Assembly (NCBI GenBank): GCA_000320545.1
Contig: ADNK01000336.1
Coordinates: 1 to 48,126 of the forward strand
DNA length: 48,126 bases
Source: Bigelowiella natans CCMP2755
Lineage: Eukaryota > Protista > Cercozoa
Reading direction: 5' to 3'
Within the stretch, counting starts at the first letter, position 1, and each line of letters starts with the position of its first letter. The notes under the pieces were generated by a model, which made no database searches, was not told the DNA's origin, and saw nothing but the letters and a program-made list of their open reading frames with translations. Below, one piece after another: positions 13,637-25,900 of the stretch. The position numbers were made by a program, and so were the translations under genes.

Positions 13637-16130
13637 AGAAGAGGAGAAACAAGGCCCCCCTCCTGCAAGAAAAGGGGGCGAAAAACATACCAGTCAATCG
13701 GCCCACCGAAGGTTCTAATCCAAAGCTCGTCCACCGTTCTATCAGCGTTCTGCTTCACCGCCTTCGCGTCATGCACACTCCTCCTCACAACCGCGTGCTC
13801 GCGAGTTTGCGCCAGCAACGAGAGCGCTGCTTTAGCGACACTCTCGCAAACCCGTTCCTCCTCTTCCTCCTTCTCTTCGACTGCAGATCTGGGCACACAC
13901 CATTGATTCACGCTAACGGAAGTCTCCAGCGACGTAACCTCATGCCACCAATGTCGTGGAACATACAGCAGATCCCCGGGGTCTAAGAAGGCGGTGACAG
14001 TCGCCAGCCGGCGTCTGTGATGATGGCCTTGTATGCTGCCGTCAGTGTTGCAAGCGTCGTCGCCGCGGGGAAATCTTAGTTCGGAGTATATGCTGCCTAC
14101 AAATTGCTTAATCTCAATGCAATGCCTGGAGGAACTATTCTCTCTCTCCCTCTCTCTCTCTCCCCCCCCCCCACCCCCCTTAAACCCCCCCCTCTATTGA
14201 CTACTTTCTTCAAACGGAATTCTCGTCGGTAAGGCGTGGCGAAACTGTCCTGGCTCCATGAGCACCCAACGCTTGCGACCGTAGGCCTGCGCGACGAGGT
14301 TGTACCTATGCACGACGAAAATACGGGTAAGTATCGAGCGAAAACCAACATCTTTGACGAACGCAACCGGAAGTGGATTTTCTCGTGGAAAGCTGCTCGA
14401 TATATCCACGCTCCCAAAACGCCACTTCCCTGCTAATCTTCCTTCTATTCTTCACCCCATTATCATCATCATCATCATCATCATCATCATTATCACGATC
14501 ATCGTCGTCGTCGTTGTTGTTCTTCCTCATCATCCTCACCCACGCTCCAACATAGTCGTAGACATCTTACCCGAATGCATCATAGTGCAACCGAGTCCCC
14601 GCCCCTTCAGAACCGATCCAGAGGACAGGTAGCGACGACGAAGAGGGGGGGGAGGAAGAAGCCGAAGAAGACGATCGCGCCGCTCTAAATGATGCAAAGT
14701 CCGTAGCGTCCACAGCCGCCGCTCGCCGATGGTCATCCGAAAACAACGTCTCGAAGTGTTTGTAGTCCATGTAACCCCAGTACTTTTCCGCAGGAAATAT
14801 CGCCGAAATTGCGCCTGCGGAGGTGAGAACTGATGAGTCTGTCTGCGATGTCGAGGCACTTTCCGAATGCCTTGCAAATGCTCGATACTGCTCGTCATTG
14901 CGAAGTTTACGCCGCTGCGGTGATGGTTTCATCATCATCGTCTCCTCCCTCTCATTCTCTCCTGTTTCTTGGCTGAGAATAGGGTTGGTATCACGCCGCC
15001 TCTTCCTCGATTGGGCAGACTGCGAGGTGCACCCCCCTCGTTGTTTTGGTTGTTGGTGCAACGAAAGCCACTCGCAGAAGGCAGCGACGGTGACGTTGGC
15101 ATGTGAGCACTCGGATTCCCATGGAAGTTGACGACGCTTGTCATTCGGCCCTCTCGCTTCGCTTTCTTCATCATTCTGTTTCTCATCGCCTGTTGTCCTC
15201 CATTTTTGTCGGGCCCTTTCCTTTCCCTGCCCCCCCCTCGAAGGTGCGCTGGGAGTGGAGGTGTCGATTGGGGGCGGGGTTGGCGAGGAGATCCTTGGGA
15301 AGAAACGTGCTTCGGAGACGACGGAAGAAAAGTTACTGTGTGCAAGTAATTCAGGCGTCCATTTTTCGATCTTCCAATTACTGGGACCGCCAGCGCTCTG
15401 CTCATCGTCGCTGCTCTTTCCCTCCTCTTTGTTCACGCCGTTGCGAAGGCTGCCGCCTCGGAACACTATCGGAAAATTGCAATCCCTTGAGGGTAGGGAT
15501 GGGGGAGGGGGGGGGGGGGGGGGGGGGTTGAAGTTTTACGATTCAGTGAATGTGCTTTCGTATTGCTATGCTACGACGACTCTACTACTGCCTCTGCTAA
15601 ATAGTTTCTTGAATATAAGTAACATTCGTAACAATGATATCAGGCATTTAGCTACCGTATTATGTCTGCTGCAAGTGCGACCTGACGACCATCTATCGTC
15701 CTGACAACCGCTAGTGAACCCCCCCCCTGTTTCCGTATCTCTCTTTTATCCCGACGATGTTTCCTCTCCTCCCCCCCCTCTCCCTCCGCCGCCTCCTCCT
15801 CCTCCTCCTCCTCCCCCTTTTGCTGGCGATTCTCCTGGTTTTCACCAACGTCGCCATCTCCTGATTGCCTTTTCTCCCATCCGATAACGTCGAGAAATCC
15901 CAATATACTCACATGTACGTCATTCATATCTGTCGCGCCCTGGCATTTAGCCGTTGTCGCAGGGTCAGGCTGCATTGGGGGGGAGATAACTGCATCTAGT
16001 TGAATAGCAATGTCCTCCCTCGTACCAGCACCTATGTTTCGAGTGAATTCGCCGCGCTCAATCTTGTCGCCGACGAGGAATTGGGCCTGGAACCGTACGC
16101 TGCCATCGCCTATACGCTCGATCCGAGAAT
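10662..16130 (-). CDS. Fusion protein: HSPBAP1-like JmjC 2OG/Fe(II) hydroxylase plus FkbM (Methyltransf_21) SAM-dependent methyltransferase; 5' end probably extends further upstream
   Basis: Exons 16130-15656, 15485-14571, 14305-14205, 14096-13691, 13556-13491, 13297-13105, 12990-12766, 12367-12103, 11969-11682, 11525-11398, 10998-10841 and 10737-10662 join in phase with no stop (~1100 aa). JmjC motifs: WGYMDYKHF, LWIGSEGAGTRLHYDAFGYNLVAQAYGRKRW, PTRIPFEESS, LDPGDLLYVPRHWWHEV. FkbM motifs: ETRYLYQEIF, IVDVGANIGLF, IDLVKIDVEGEELAV, WRRIDRVCVEV. Confidence 0.85.
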
Positions 16131-16498
16131 CTATTGTCTACATACAGTACACACACCACTTATCATTTTGCTTCTGGAAAAATACGTTCTGGGGAAATAC
16201 AACTATTCAGCAGTTTCAAGTTAAAACATATGAGTATGCCATGTGGATGGATTCTATTTCTCGCGTGTCTTCTCCACATCGTTTCTCCAGAAACTGCAAA
16301 TGTTTGACTGAAAACATCTACCTACCCCGGTCGCCCATAAAGGCGTTGCCCACTCCGTCATCATCCCAAAAGCTCGCGTGAGAGGCTTCGTCGCCTCGAG
16401 AATCGGTTGTGTGGCATCAACTCTGACGCGTTTACCTAAATCGCAGGGTTGGACGGCACATGTACATCGAATTCACAGATAACACATTACACACACAT

Positions 16499-16552
<54 letters not shown>

Positions 16553-17698
16553 GTAGAATCATAGAAGCGTCCGATGTTTGCGAACGAAAATTCGTTACGA
16601 CTTTCAGACGCTCTCTACGATTTCTTTGAATGGTGTAAAAAAAAAATTCTATTTTATTCGAAACACCTTCATCGACATACGCTCTAATGCTGCTGTTTTG
16701 AGAATCTCCAAGACAATCATTGATAATCCGGAGTGCCTGCCGCAGTAGCATCGTGCTCGGGTCAGAAACTCTCCCACGAGGGCGAAGTTTCTCTGCGAAA
16801 TGGATTCACGTGGGTAAATTAGAACAAGACCAAGGGGCATCGAAAATTGTGGAAGTGTCGTTTGCAGGTGCTCTGCTGCAAATCGACCAAAAAAAAAACC
16901 ATCGGATGATCTCGGTTTGCGTATTCTGTTGGGATGGGGAGATGCGGTTGTTTTTTCGAGCAAAAAGTATTAAGTGCCGACAGGATGAGAACGCTCCCTC
17001 GAAATCTGATGGGCTAGCTATGCGTCCATAATTTGCACGGCGGGGGAGGTGGGGCGTTCACGGGTCGGGCGGGAGGAAGATGCCTGCGACCGAGCCAGTA
17101 AGCCGAACACGAGGAACTTCTCAGATGTTTTGCGTGCACATTTTTACCTAAATCTGTCGCTTCCCAAATAAATTACAGGTGGTTTTTGACCTCCGACTTC
17201 GGCCTCGAAGACATTTCAATCGTGATAGCGCCGGGGTAATTTGCGCTGTCGGTGGAAAGGAAACCGCGAATCAACTATTGTTCAATAAAGTGTTGCTATG
17301 CGGCAAAACGTACAGCGACTTCCTGCAACAGCGGTAGTCCTGAGTTCGGATCCGCCTGCGGTCGAGAGTTCTCGTAGCATGTTCTCCGATCGGAAATCGG
17401 CACGGATGACCCGTGATGGTTCACGGTCAAGGCTTCAAACCTTGGGGGGATTAATTTCTCAGCCGTTCGATTCGGCCTTCTGTGCGTATTCTTTTTTCCT
17501 AATTTCCCGTTCTTTTTTCTCTTGGTTTTCTTTTGCGAAAGCGATTTTTTGTTTCTCGGTTTTCAGCCGGTCGGCGATTTCTAGATGTAGAAACATCGTA
17601 GAAAATCTGTCCAAAAGTTCCCGTGCTTGTGCCGTAGCATCGGGTGCTCGCAAAATACTTCCGCCGCACCACCCGCCATTCCTCGTGCAAGCTAAGCA

Positions 17699-18227
17699 AT
17701 GTCCGACTCGATTAAGATCCCTCGCGACTATGCGTACGTCGTCCTCTCAGTTGGATCGACATGGTTAGAATGCGAGAGTGAGAAGAGGAGGGGAGAAACA
17801 GTGCAATTTTTATCCTATGTCCGTGTCAGTTTGTGCGTCTGCTTCCAATGAGAGAATTTATTTGCGAGTAGGGTGGCCAACTACTTCCTCATTGGTCTTG
17901 TCGCCAAAGCAAGGTGAGAACCTATGTGCTGGTATATTCCTTACCTAAACGGCGTCGTATGGTGTTGTTTACGCTCTGCATTTAGGAAAGAATACGGAGT
18001 TAAGTATCCGAACCTATACGCTGACGAGCGCCACGGCGACTCAGAGCTCAGAGACAAGTCACTACGTGCAATTTTTTGTATAGTGGACCAGTTTTCGGCG
18101 AATTACAATCTCCTGACGCAAATGTTGCTTATTTGGAACAGGTTTAACTCCGTCCAACGTGGCCACCAGAACTTCTTGGAAACATGGCCATCTAGCTGCG
18201 TAAGGCACACGCACGCACGCACGCACC

Positions 18228-18313
<86 letters not shown>

Positions 18314-18744
18314 GTGCCACCGCTCGTTTACTCGCTGAGCTGGATGCATGCACTACGCACTATGAAGCATGAATTGCATTGCCTATATCGCATTCGTAAC
18401 TCTGTTGGAAACTATCTAGGTGCTCATGAGTCTGAACGGGCTTGTTTTCCCCCGGGCATGCGCAGTGATGGGAGGCTTGATCTCCGTAGGACGAATCATC
18501 TACGGCATCGGATACAAGATGGTGATATAGCTAATGTAGGGGTTTCAAGAAAGGAATATACCTTCTTATTTCTCATGTCGATCTTTACGAAGACTTCCAA
18601 CAATTGCTCTAAATATGCATTCTATGACATCAGTACGGGCCAAAGGGGAGGATGCCCGGAGCTATTATCGCGCATTTGGGAGATTTTCCTCTGGTTTTCC
18701 TCACCTTCTACACAGGATACAAGTTGCTCAAAGGAAAGCAATGA
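17699..18744 (+). CDS. MGST3: MAPEG family protein, microsomal glutathione S-transferase 3-like
   Basis: Six exons give MSDSIKIPRDYAYVVLSV..VAKARKEYGVKYPNLYA..FNSVQRGHQNFLE..GRIIYGIGY..GPKGRMPG..KLLKGKQ*, containing the MAPEG signature FNxxQRxHQNxLE. Confidence 0.92.
18231..18310. repeat. (AC)n microsatellite, about 40 units, in an MGST3 intron
   Basis: Directly visible. Confidence 0.97.
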
Positions 18745-19630
18745 AGAAATTTGCAGACTCCGTTTTGCCTCAAGATCTACACCTGAAGGGGCCTAAATGC
18801 GAATCAAGTTGCAAAATCAGCTGCAGCTCGTCTTGCAAGCATTTGTCATTTTAGCCCACGAAGAAGATGTGTATGAATGTGGTACATGGCCATTAGAAAA
18901 ATGTAACCATTTCATCAATCATCCGTCTCATACGTACATGCGTTTCAATGTATACGAGAAATGCCAATCTAGTAATGTGCTACGACGACGCCGAACAAGT
19001 CGAATGCAAGATAAACGCTGCACACACATCACTAATTATACTAGATCGGTCTGCAATTGCATGTGCAGGTTGAGCCAGACTATATATATAGATGGAAAAC
19101 TCCAGACGACTGTTTAGATCCACACCGTATGAACCGCATAGCAGCCGATACGATGCTAGGTGCGTGCGCGTTCTATGTGCGCTGCGATGGACATGCGTGC
19201 AGTTTGTGCATGTTGCAGACATCACATGATCGAACCGCGTGCTAGTGCGGTAGAGTGGCCGCACGTGTGCATGCAACAATGTGCCATATACCATGTATTG
19301 CTAGAGGTTGTGGGATGTTCGGCACGACAAAGTGTTCTAGTCTTCGATCACAGCAACATAAGCCTACTCACTATATGCACTCGCAATGTTAGTGTTCGAA
19401 ACCGTGGCATGTGGTGCATGTCCCGTGTTGTGTTGTCTTTGGGGTGCACTTATTTACACATGCCGCATCACGCCTTATTCAACAAGCTTCGCCTGTAGGG
19501 CGTTTTCTCGCACGCAACATTGCGATTATGACGTCTACATCCCATGCCCAAGTAATGTTACTCGTTGTTCTGCTGACTAAATAAACCGAACACAAATTCT
19601 TCCTTCACTTGATATAATCTAGTTTTGATT

Positions 19631-20284
19631 CTACTTTGTCAATGTCCCATCAGGTTGCACAGGGAGTGAGTTTCCGAACAAATTTGAAGAGTTGTATGGG
19701 AGAGCGATATCCAATTCATTTAGTAGCTTTACCCAATTTGCCTAATTTGTTACGCTTGTTTTCTACTTTGCAATGAATATAGATAAAAAAAGTACCTTTT
19801 CTTCCTGCTCGTTCACTCTTGAAATCGAGAGTTTCAGATTTTCATCGTGATTCTTGACCCTCTGCTCCTCCGTCGCTACCCGTTCCTTTCGGTATTTTTC
19901 TCTTTGATTTTCTATTCTATCTAAAATGACCACCGCTTTGTCGTGCATCCTTTTATTGTGAGCCTATTCAACATAAAAGGTAATCATAAGTACTCAACAA
20001 GATAAATTCTAGGAAAAAAACTTAAAAGTAAACGTAAAGATTGAATCTTACCACAACTGTTTTTCATCATTTTAACGTTTTACCCGTCGTTGTTTGAGAA
20101 GGTGGGCCTCTGCATGCTTCTGTCTTGAATCGAAGCTGGTGTCATTACCAACCACAAAGTCATTTGTAGCTTCGAGGATATGATGTGATGAGCGGGAAAC
20201 TGGTGTTGGCGCTGTTGGCGCCGTTGGCGCTGAGCGGCTTGTCGTCAAAAAAGCGAATAAAACTGTAAGAAGTGAGACGGCCAT
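19631..20284 (-). CDS. Small secreted hypothetical protein: signal peptide, APT repeats, coiled coil (3 exons)
   Basis: Signal peptide MAVSLLTVLFAFLTTSRSA followed by PTAPTAPTP. Phase-0 introns link to AHNKRMHDKAVVILDRIENQREKYRKE..EQEEK and ANWVKLLNELDIALP..DGTLTK*. Confidence 0.6.
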
Positions 20285-20357
20285 CGCTGAATATTGGAAT
20301 GCAGAGATAGATACTGGTGAGAGTGGCAGTGGAGATGATGATTTATTTATTACTCTA

Positions 20358-20359
<2 letters not shown>

Positions 20360-20416
<57 letters not shown>
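20360..20416. repeat. (AT)n microsatellite in the divergent intergenic region upstream of the secreted orphan
   Basis: Directly visible. Confidence 0.97.
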
Positions 20417-20418
<2 letters not shown>

Positions 20419-21227
20419 TTATTTTGGAATCATATAAAGCTACTGTATTTAAAACATAATCGGTGACTAAAATTACTCAGTTTACCACAGCAAGAGAAGA
20501 ATTTAATTCCATAACACAAAAAATGTAAGGCGCTGATTGCATAACACTCTTACCTCTGATTAGCTAGTCGAAGGATTTCATAACAAGAGAGTCATTCGGC
20601 TATATCACGTATGGTAAATACATATCAGGTTGTGAATAGTTGCAAGGAAGGAGAAATCAAAATCCTCGTGTTCGTATAGCCGTATAGCCGATAAACACGT
20701 TATCGAGAGGCAGGAAGAGTTAGAATTGAGGATTTACAGATATCCCTCTCTCCAACCCTTGATTTTCTTTCCCCGATTACATCCCATAAGCCTGTTGCGT
20801 ACCCATTGGCTGTCTTCTAAGCTCGCCTACAATGATACAAGGCCTCCATCATGTGCACGTACGATGATGGGAAAGGTGCTCTGCCAGAGAATTTAAATTC
20901 GAAAAATTAAATTTGAACATTTTTGAATAAAATGGAATGGCGTTTCGTTCGAACGACAAAGAAATAAAAGATAACTTATAAGACTTAATTGCCGGTAGCC
21001 GTAACGGATTAGAAACGTTGAAAACGGACTCGATCGACGCAGGCGACTCACAGAGAGAGCGAGGAGAGATGCTTCGGCAATGAATCTGGTGCTGCGGCTC
21101 TGACAGACCTCCATTTTATCTATCCATCCACTTCCCAATCTCCTCTCCTACACCCTTAACATTATTATGAGAGCATACTTCTCATTCCTTGGATAAACCC
21201 ATACATTCGAGTCGGTAGGTCTTTATT

Positions 21228-22852
21228 ATGGATATGGAAGTCGAGATGTTCGATGGGAGGGACAAACTGAGAGAATACATTCTGAGAGACAGGTTAGGGG
21301 AAGGGCCTAGGTCAATTACTTACCAGGCAGGGAGGAAGGACGGCGACGATGTGGCTCTGGAAGTCATATGGGGAGACTTAAATTACCTGGAGTGTGGAAA
21401 AAAAGCGCTTGAAAAACTGAAAGATTGTGATCACACGGTAAAATTTATCTCGCTTACAATGGGGCTAGAATATACTCATCGAAATGGAGAAAAATCTACG
21501 GTTGATGTAATGGCACTTGAATTGTGTCCGAATGGATCCCTCTTTCCTTACATAAAACATCGCTTGTTTAGTCTGAAGCGTGTACAGGGTTACTTTGGCC
21601 AGCTCTGTTCAGTACTCGAATCCATGAAAGACAAAAACGTTATTCATCGGAATATCGTGCCTCAAAACATCTTACTGGGGGAAAAATGGAACTTAAAAAT
21701 GGCTGGTTTTGGGTATTCTGTCATTGGAAAAGAAGCAAAAGGCCGTGCAGGAACGAAAGGATATATGGCCCCGGAAGTCGATAATTACCCAGCTACAGGG
21801 GAGTCCTATTCCAGAAAGATAGACATTTACAGTTCTGGCGTAGTCCTATTTAATATGCTTTATGGTTGGAATTTCACAAATGTTCGATATGTCGAACGTT
21901 ATCTCAGAAATGGGAATAAACATAAATTTTGGAATAGGCAGTTGAGGTGGATATTACAAAGAAGAGAAAATACACTCCTTCACGCAAGTAGAGGCGAGGA
22001 ACTCTTGTATCAAAGGATTGCTGGCCTCAAAACGGAAGAATATCCAATCGTTATCACATACAGTCTAAATAAAATGGACCCACAAGTTTGCTACGACAGT
22101 AAGGACGTCGAAATGGTTGCTAAAAAGGCTAACAGACTTGCCGAATTAGAAAGAGTTAGAGAGGATACCATTGTGTTTGAAGTGCATAAGATCCTAGAAA
22201 TGGATTTGCTAGATGGAATGCTTGAAACCGATCCTGCTCGTAGGTGGGATTTTGAAGAGATCAAACAGCATCCATTTTATAAGGAGGGATGCGGTTTCTC
22301 CCCAACTAAGCTCGAAGAAAAGCTCGAGGAAAAGTTGAAGAGAATTGAGAAACGCTCACGACCTAAGGAAAGGAGGGATAGTCTTGAAATCAAACAACGA
22401 AGCCGCTTTAGATTGGAAAAATGGAGGGAAGCGCGGGTCGAAGGAGAGGAAGCACAGGTTGTTATGCTGTTATGTCTTGTATTTTGTTCGAATAGATTTT
22501 GCAAAATCCTATTAGTGATGAGTCAGAATAATGCGTGGTTTCACGTTCACGAACTCAACCACGGATATTGGGTCATCATTTTGAGATATTCTCATTCGCT
22601 CCGTGTTTACTCCACACCACCATCGCTTGTTTTATTTGATTCCTACTCCACGTTATGCTCTAGCTTTTGAGTGGAAGAGAGGCAAAGGTGGAAGTGGAAG
22701 CCTCAACAAGCACTAGAGCTGGACCTATCGATAATAAAATAATTGGAACTAAAGGTGTGATGAATTCCGTCTGTATACAACTACTATGAGTCCACTCCTA
22801 CTGTTTGTGTCACAAACTACCCTGGCAATTGACGGTAGTTGATACAATATGT

Positions 22853-22920
<68 letters not shown>

Positions 22921-25900
22921 CAAAATTATTAGTTTAATTACTTAAAATTATAATGGGTATCTCATTATGAGAGATGAAGGCGTAACATTGCCATATAACT
23001 TTAATTTATGTCTTTAGAATATTACAAGAATCTGATTATATACTTATTAAAAAACACATTATCAAAATGTAGATCGTGCTCAGCCAGACGAGGGCACACA
23101 GAGGGAGAATGCGAAAGAACTGACGAATAAACCTACTACGAAGAATGAGGAGATCTACCGGACAGACGACGCCGAGATGCAGTGTGAGCCCCGACTGAGT
23201 GGCGCTGAAGTTGCTCGGTGCTTGCATGAACTGCCATGGAAGGCGCAAAGCAAGGTACAGCTTACAGAGATTTCTCTCCGCTTCGACAAACTCTCATTCG
23301 AGGAAACATGCGGGAAAAACCTACAAAGATTCAATATGCAATTCAAGCGCTATGTGCGGAAGCATATCCCGGGTGTGTTGCGCATACGGCTCCTGAGCGT
23401 TCGTCCAGGGAGTGTCATCGCATATTTTCAGCTTCTTAGGAACGTTTCTACATCCATCAGTAACATCTTAGAAGTTTTTGACAACTCCGATGAAAAGAAA
23501 CACGAGGGGGGCGGCAGCGAATCCGATGGGAATGAAGACCTCGGTGTAGCCTCAGGCATCAAAGTTGTGAAATCTCAGTCAGCGATCAACTTCGTTAACG
23601 AAAGGGAGCAAGAGGGAAAGAAACTAAGAATCGATGAAGTCAAGTCTCATCTCGCTTTCCTGTCCTGGTGCGCCTTATCGAGTAAAGAGAACGAAAACCT
23701 GGATCTAGACCTTGATTCGGAGATGTTTGAGCGTATCGACGAGCTGCCATGTGCTGATGGGAAGAAAGTTGAAACGACACGCTGGAAGGCGACCAAACCG
23801 AATTTAGTGCGAGCTCTAGTCACCAATTGCACCATTTTGCACTATAGCGGTCATGGCATAAAGAATGGTCTTTTATTTGACGAAAAGGGCAAGTCAGTTG
23901 TGATATCCGGTCAAGATTTTCTCAAAGCCATAAAGGATGCTAAAGAGACGGAGACGTATGAACTTAAGCTCGTCTTTCTCGCCGCGTGTCATAGTCAGGC
24001 CGTCGGTAAAGAGGTAGCGAAATTAGTAGACCATGTCATTGTGTGTAAGGAGTCGGAGGAGCTAGGTGACATAAAGGCGCGTATCTTCCAGTACCATTTC
24101 TACCAGTGGTTTTTCCGTGGCGCTACCATATTAAATTCGTTTGAACACGCGAAAGAGTCCATACATAAGCGGGCAGACAGCCTTGCGGAAAGCTACAAGA
24201 ACATGATAAACAACTATAACATCAAGGGAGAAAACGAAACCGCTGCACTAGATATGATCAACGATTATGTCAAGAGCATGCGAAATGAAGCCGAAAAATA
24301 CGTACTGATTCCGGCCGACGGCGACCACAATGTCAAATTTCGTTTCATTGAGTGCAAGCTTCGAGGAAAGAGACGTCGTTATTCTGATTTGAAACATGCG
24401 CGACCAGAGGAATTCATGCCTTACTTGGTAGAGGAAATGAAGACCATCGAGCAGAACTTCGTATCTGATTTAGTGACAGGTTTTGAGCGTCGCGACAGTG
24501 TCAGGAAACGGTGGGTACACATTGTGGGTGCGGAAGGAGCAGGGAAAACCTTCCTTGCGAAAGAGATGGGATGGCGGCTGAGTCATGACATGGACGCGCC
24601 TGACGCAATTTTCTTCATTCAGCTGAAAAATTTATTGAAAAAAGACGACGACGATGGCAATAGAATTTTGACTCACATTGACAGCGAACTGAAAGAAAGG
24701 AGCCAAAAAGGACTGCAGGCGTACGCTAGAACGGGTCAAAAAATCCTGATCATTTTGGATGACTTGGATGTTCTTGGTGTCAATGCGGCCGTAAAAGCGG
24801 CAAATGAACTTCTCGGTTATCCAAACAACCTGGCACTGATGACGACATCTTGCGAGCCCATGCCAATTGGCACACACGCGCTCTTCAGAAAGTACAAGGA
24901 AATCAACCTTATGCCAGAAAATAAAGAATATGCAATGCGACGTTTGTTTCAAAAAGCTCTTCTTGACCTAGATGATGAAGAAGAAGATTCGATGTTGAAA
25001 CGGAACTTAGAATTCCTGGCCAGCAAAAGAGGTGTGCGTTACATTTGGGTGAGGAGTGCGACCGCGAACGGTCTACTGGGGAATCTGCAGAGATCCAAAA
25101 ATAAGCCTTCAAATCCGAAGAACATGGCAAATTGGGCGCTAGAACTCCACAGGTTTTGCAAAGAGGGGAAGGAGGGCGATTCCATTCGTTTGATCGATGA
25201 AAACAAATTTATAAACAAAAGTGAACACATGAATTACAAATTCAAAAGTATGAGAAGAGACATGGATGAAAATGGGAAGAGAGTTTCAATGGAAAAGATG
25301 CAGAACAAAAGCAGGGAAATCATGGGCAAATGGATTCGTCAAATCAAGGAGCCGGATGCTTCAAAAAATCATTTTTACCTTCGTCAGGGCAACAATGTCG
25401 AGGTACCTGCCCACTTGGCATTTGCATTTTCTATGCCTTTGGACAAGCCGGGTTCCATCTTGAACCTAGGAAAGGATGTTGAAATGTTGCAAAAAATGAG
25501 CAAAGAAAATGTTCGTAAAGATGGTACTAAGCTTCACGTATCCAAATGGAGAGCTACTAAAGAAAATATCTCCAAAGCTTTGCGATCGAACTGTTTCGCG
25601 TTGCTGGTGGGTTGCCATTGCACCTTGAAAAAGGGCCTCGAGTTTGAACACGATAATCCTGGAGGAAAGGCAGTCTACGTAAGTCCTGATAAATTTTTCG
25701 AATTGGCGATGGAGGCGCAAGAAACGCCAAAAATGTGTTCTTTGAAAATATTAATGCTGGCTGCATGTCATAGCGAAGCTGTAGCCAAATCATTTAATGG
25801 TTCAAAAGTAGTCGACCATGTGATAGCATGCAACGAAGATTATGAACTGGGCGATCAAGTTGTACGAACATTCCAGAAAGTCTTCTTTGAGAAGTTGTTT

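Noticed and set aside
17459-17699. K/E-rich minus-strand ORFs upstream of MGST3
   Set aside because: They arise from T-rich tracts in the divergent spacer, and I found no in-phase link to the JmjC gene.
17924-18796. 290-aa ORF with a long HT repeat
   Set aside because: It is read-through of MGST3 introns, including an (AC)n microsatellite; the spliced MGST3 model explains the locus.
21228-22670. Stand-alone 480-aa kinase with a hydrophobic C-terminal tail
   Set aside because: The tail after 22457 is intron sequence; in-phase splicing links the kinase to the CHAT-STAND exon.
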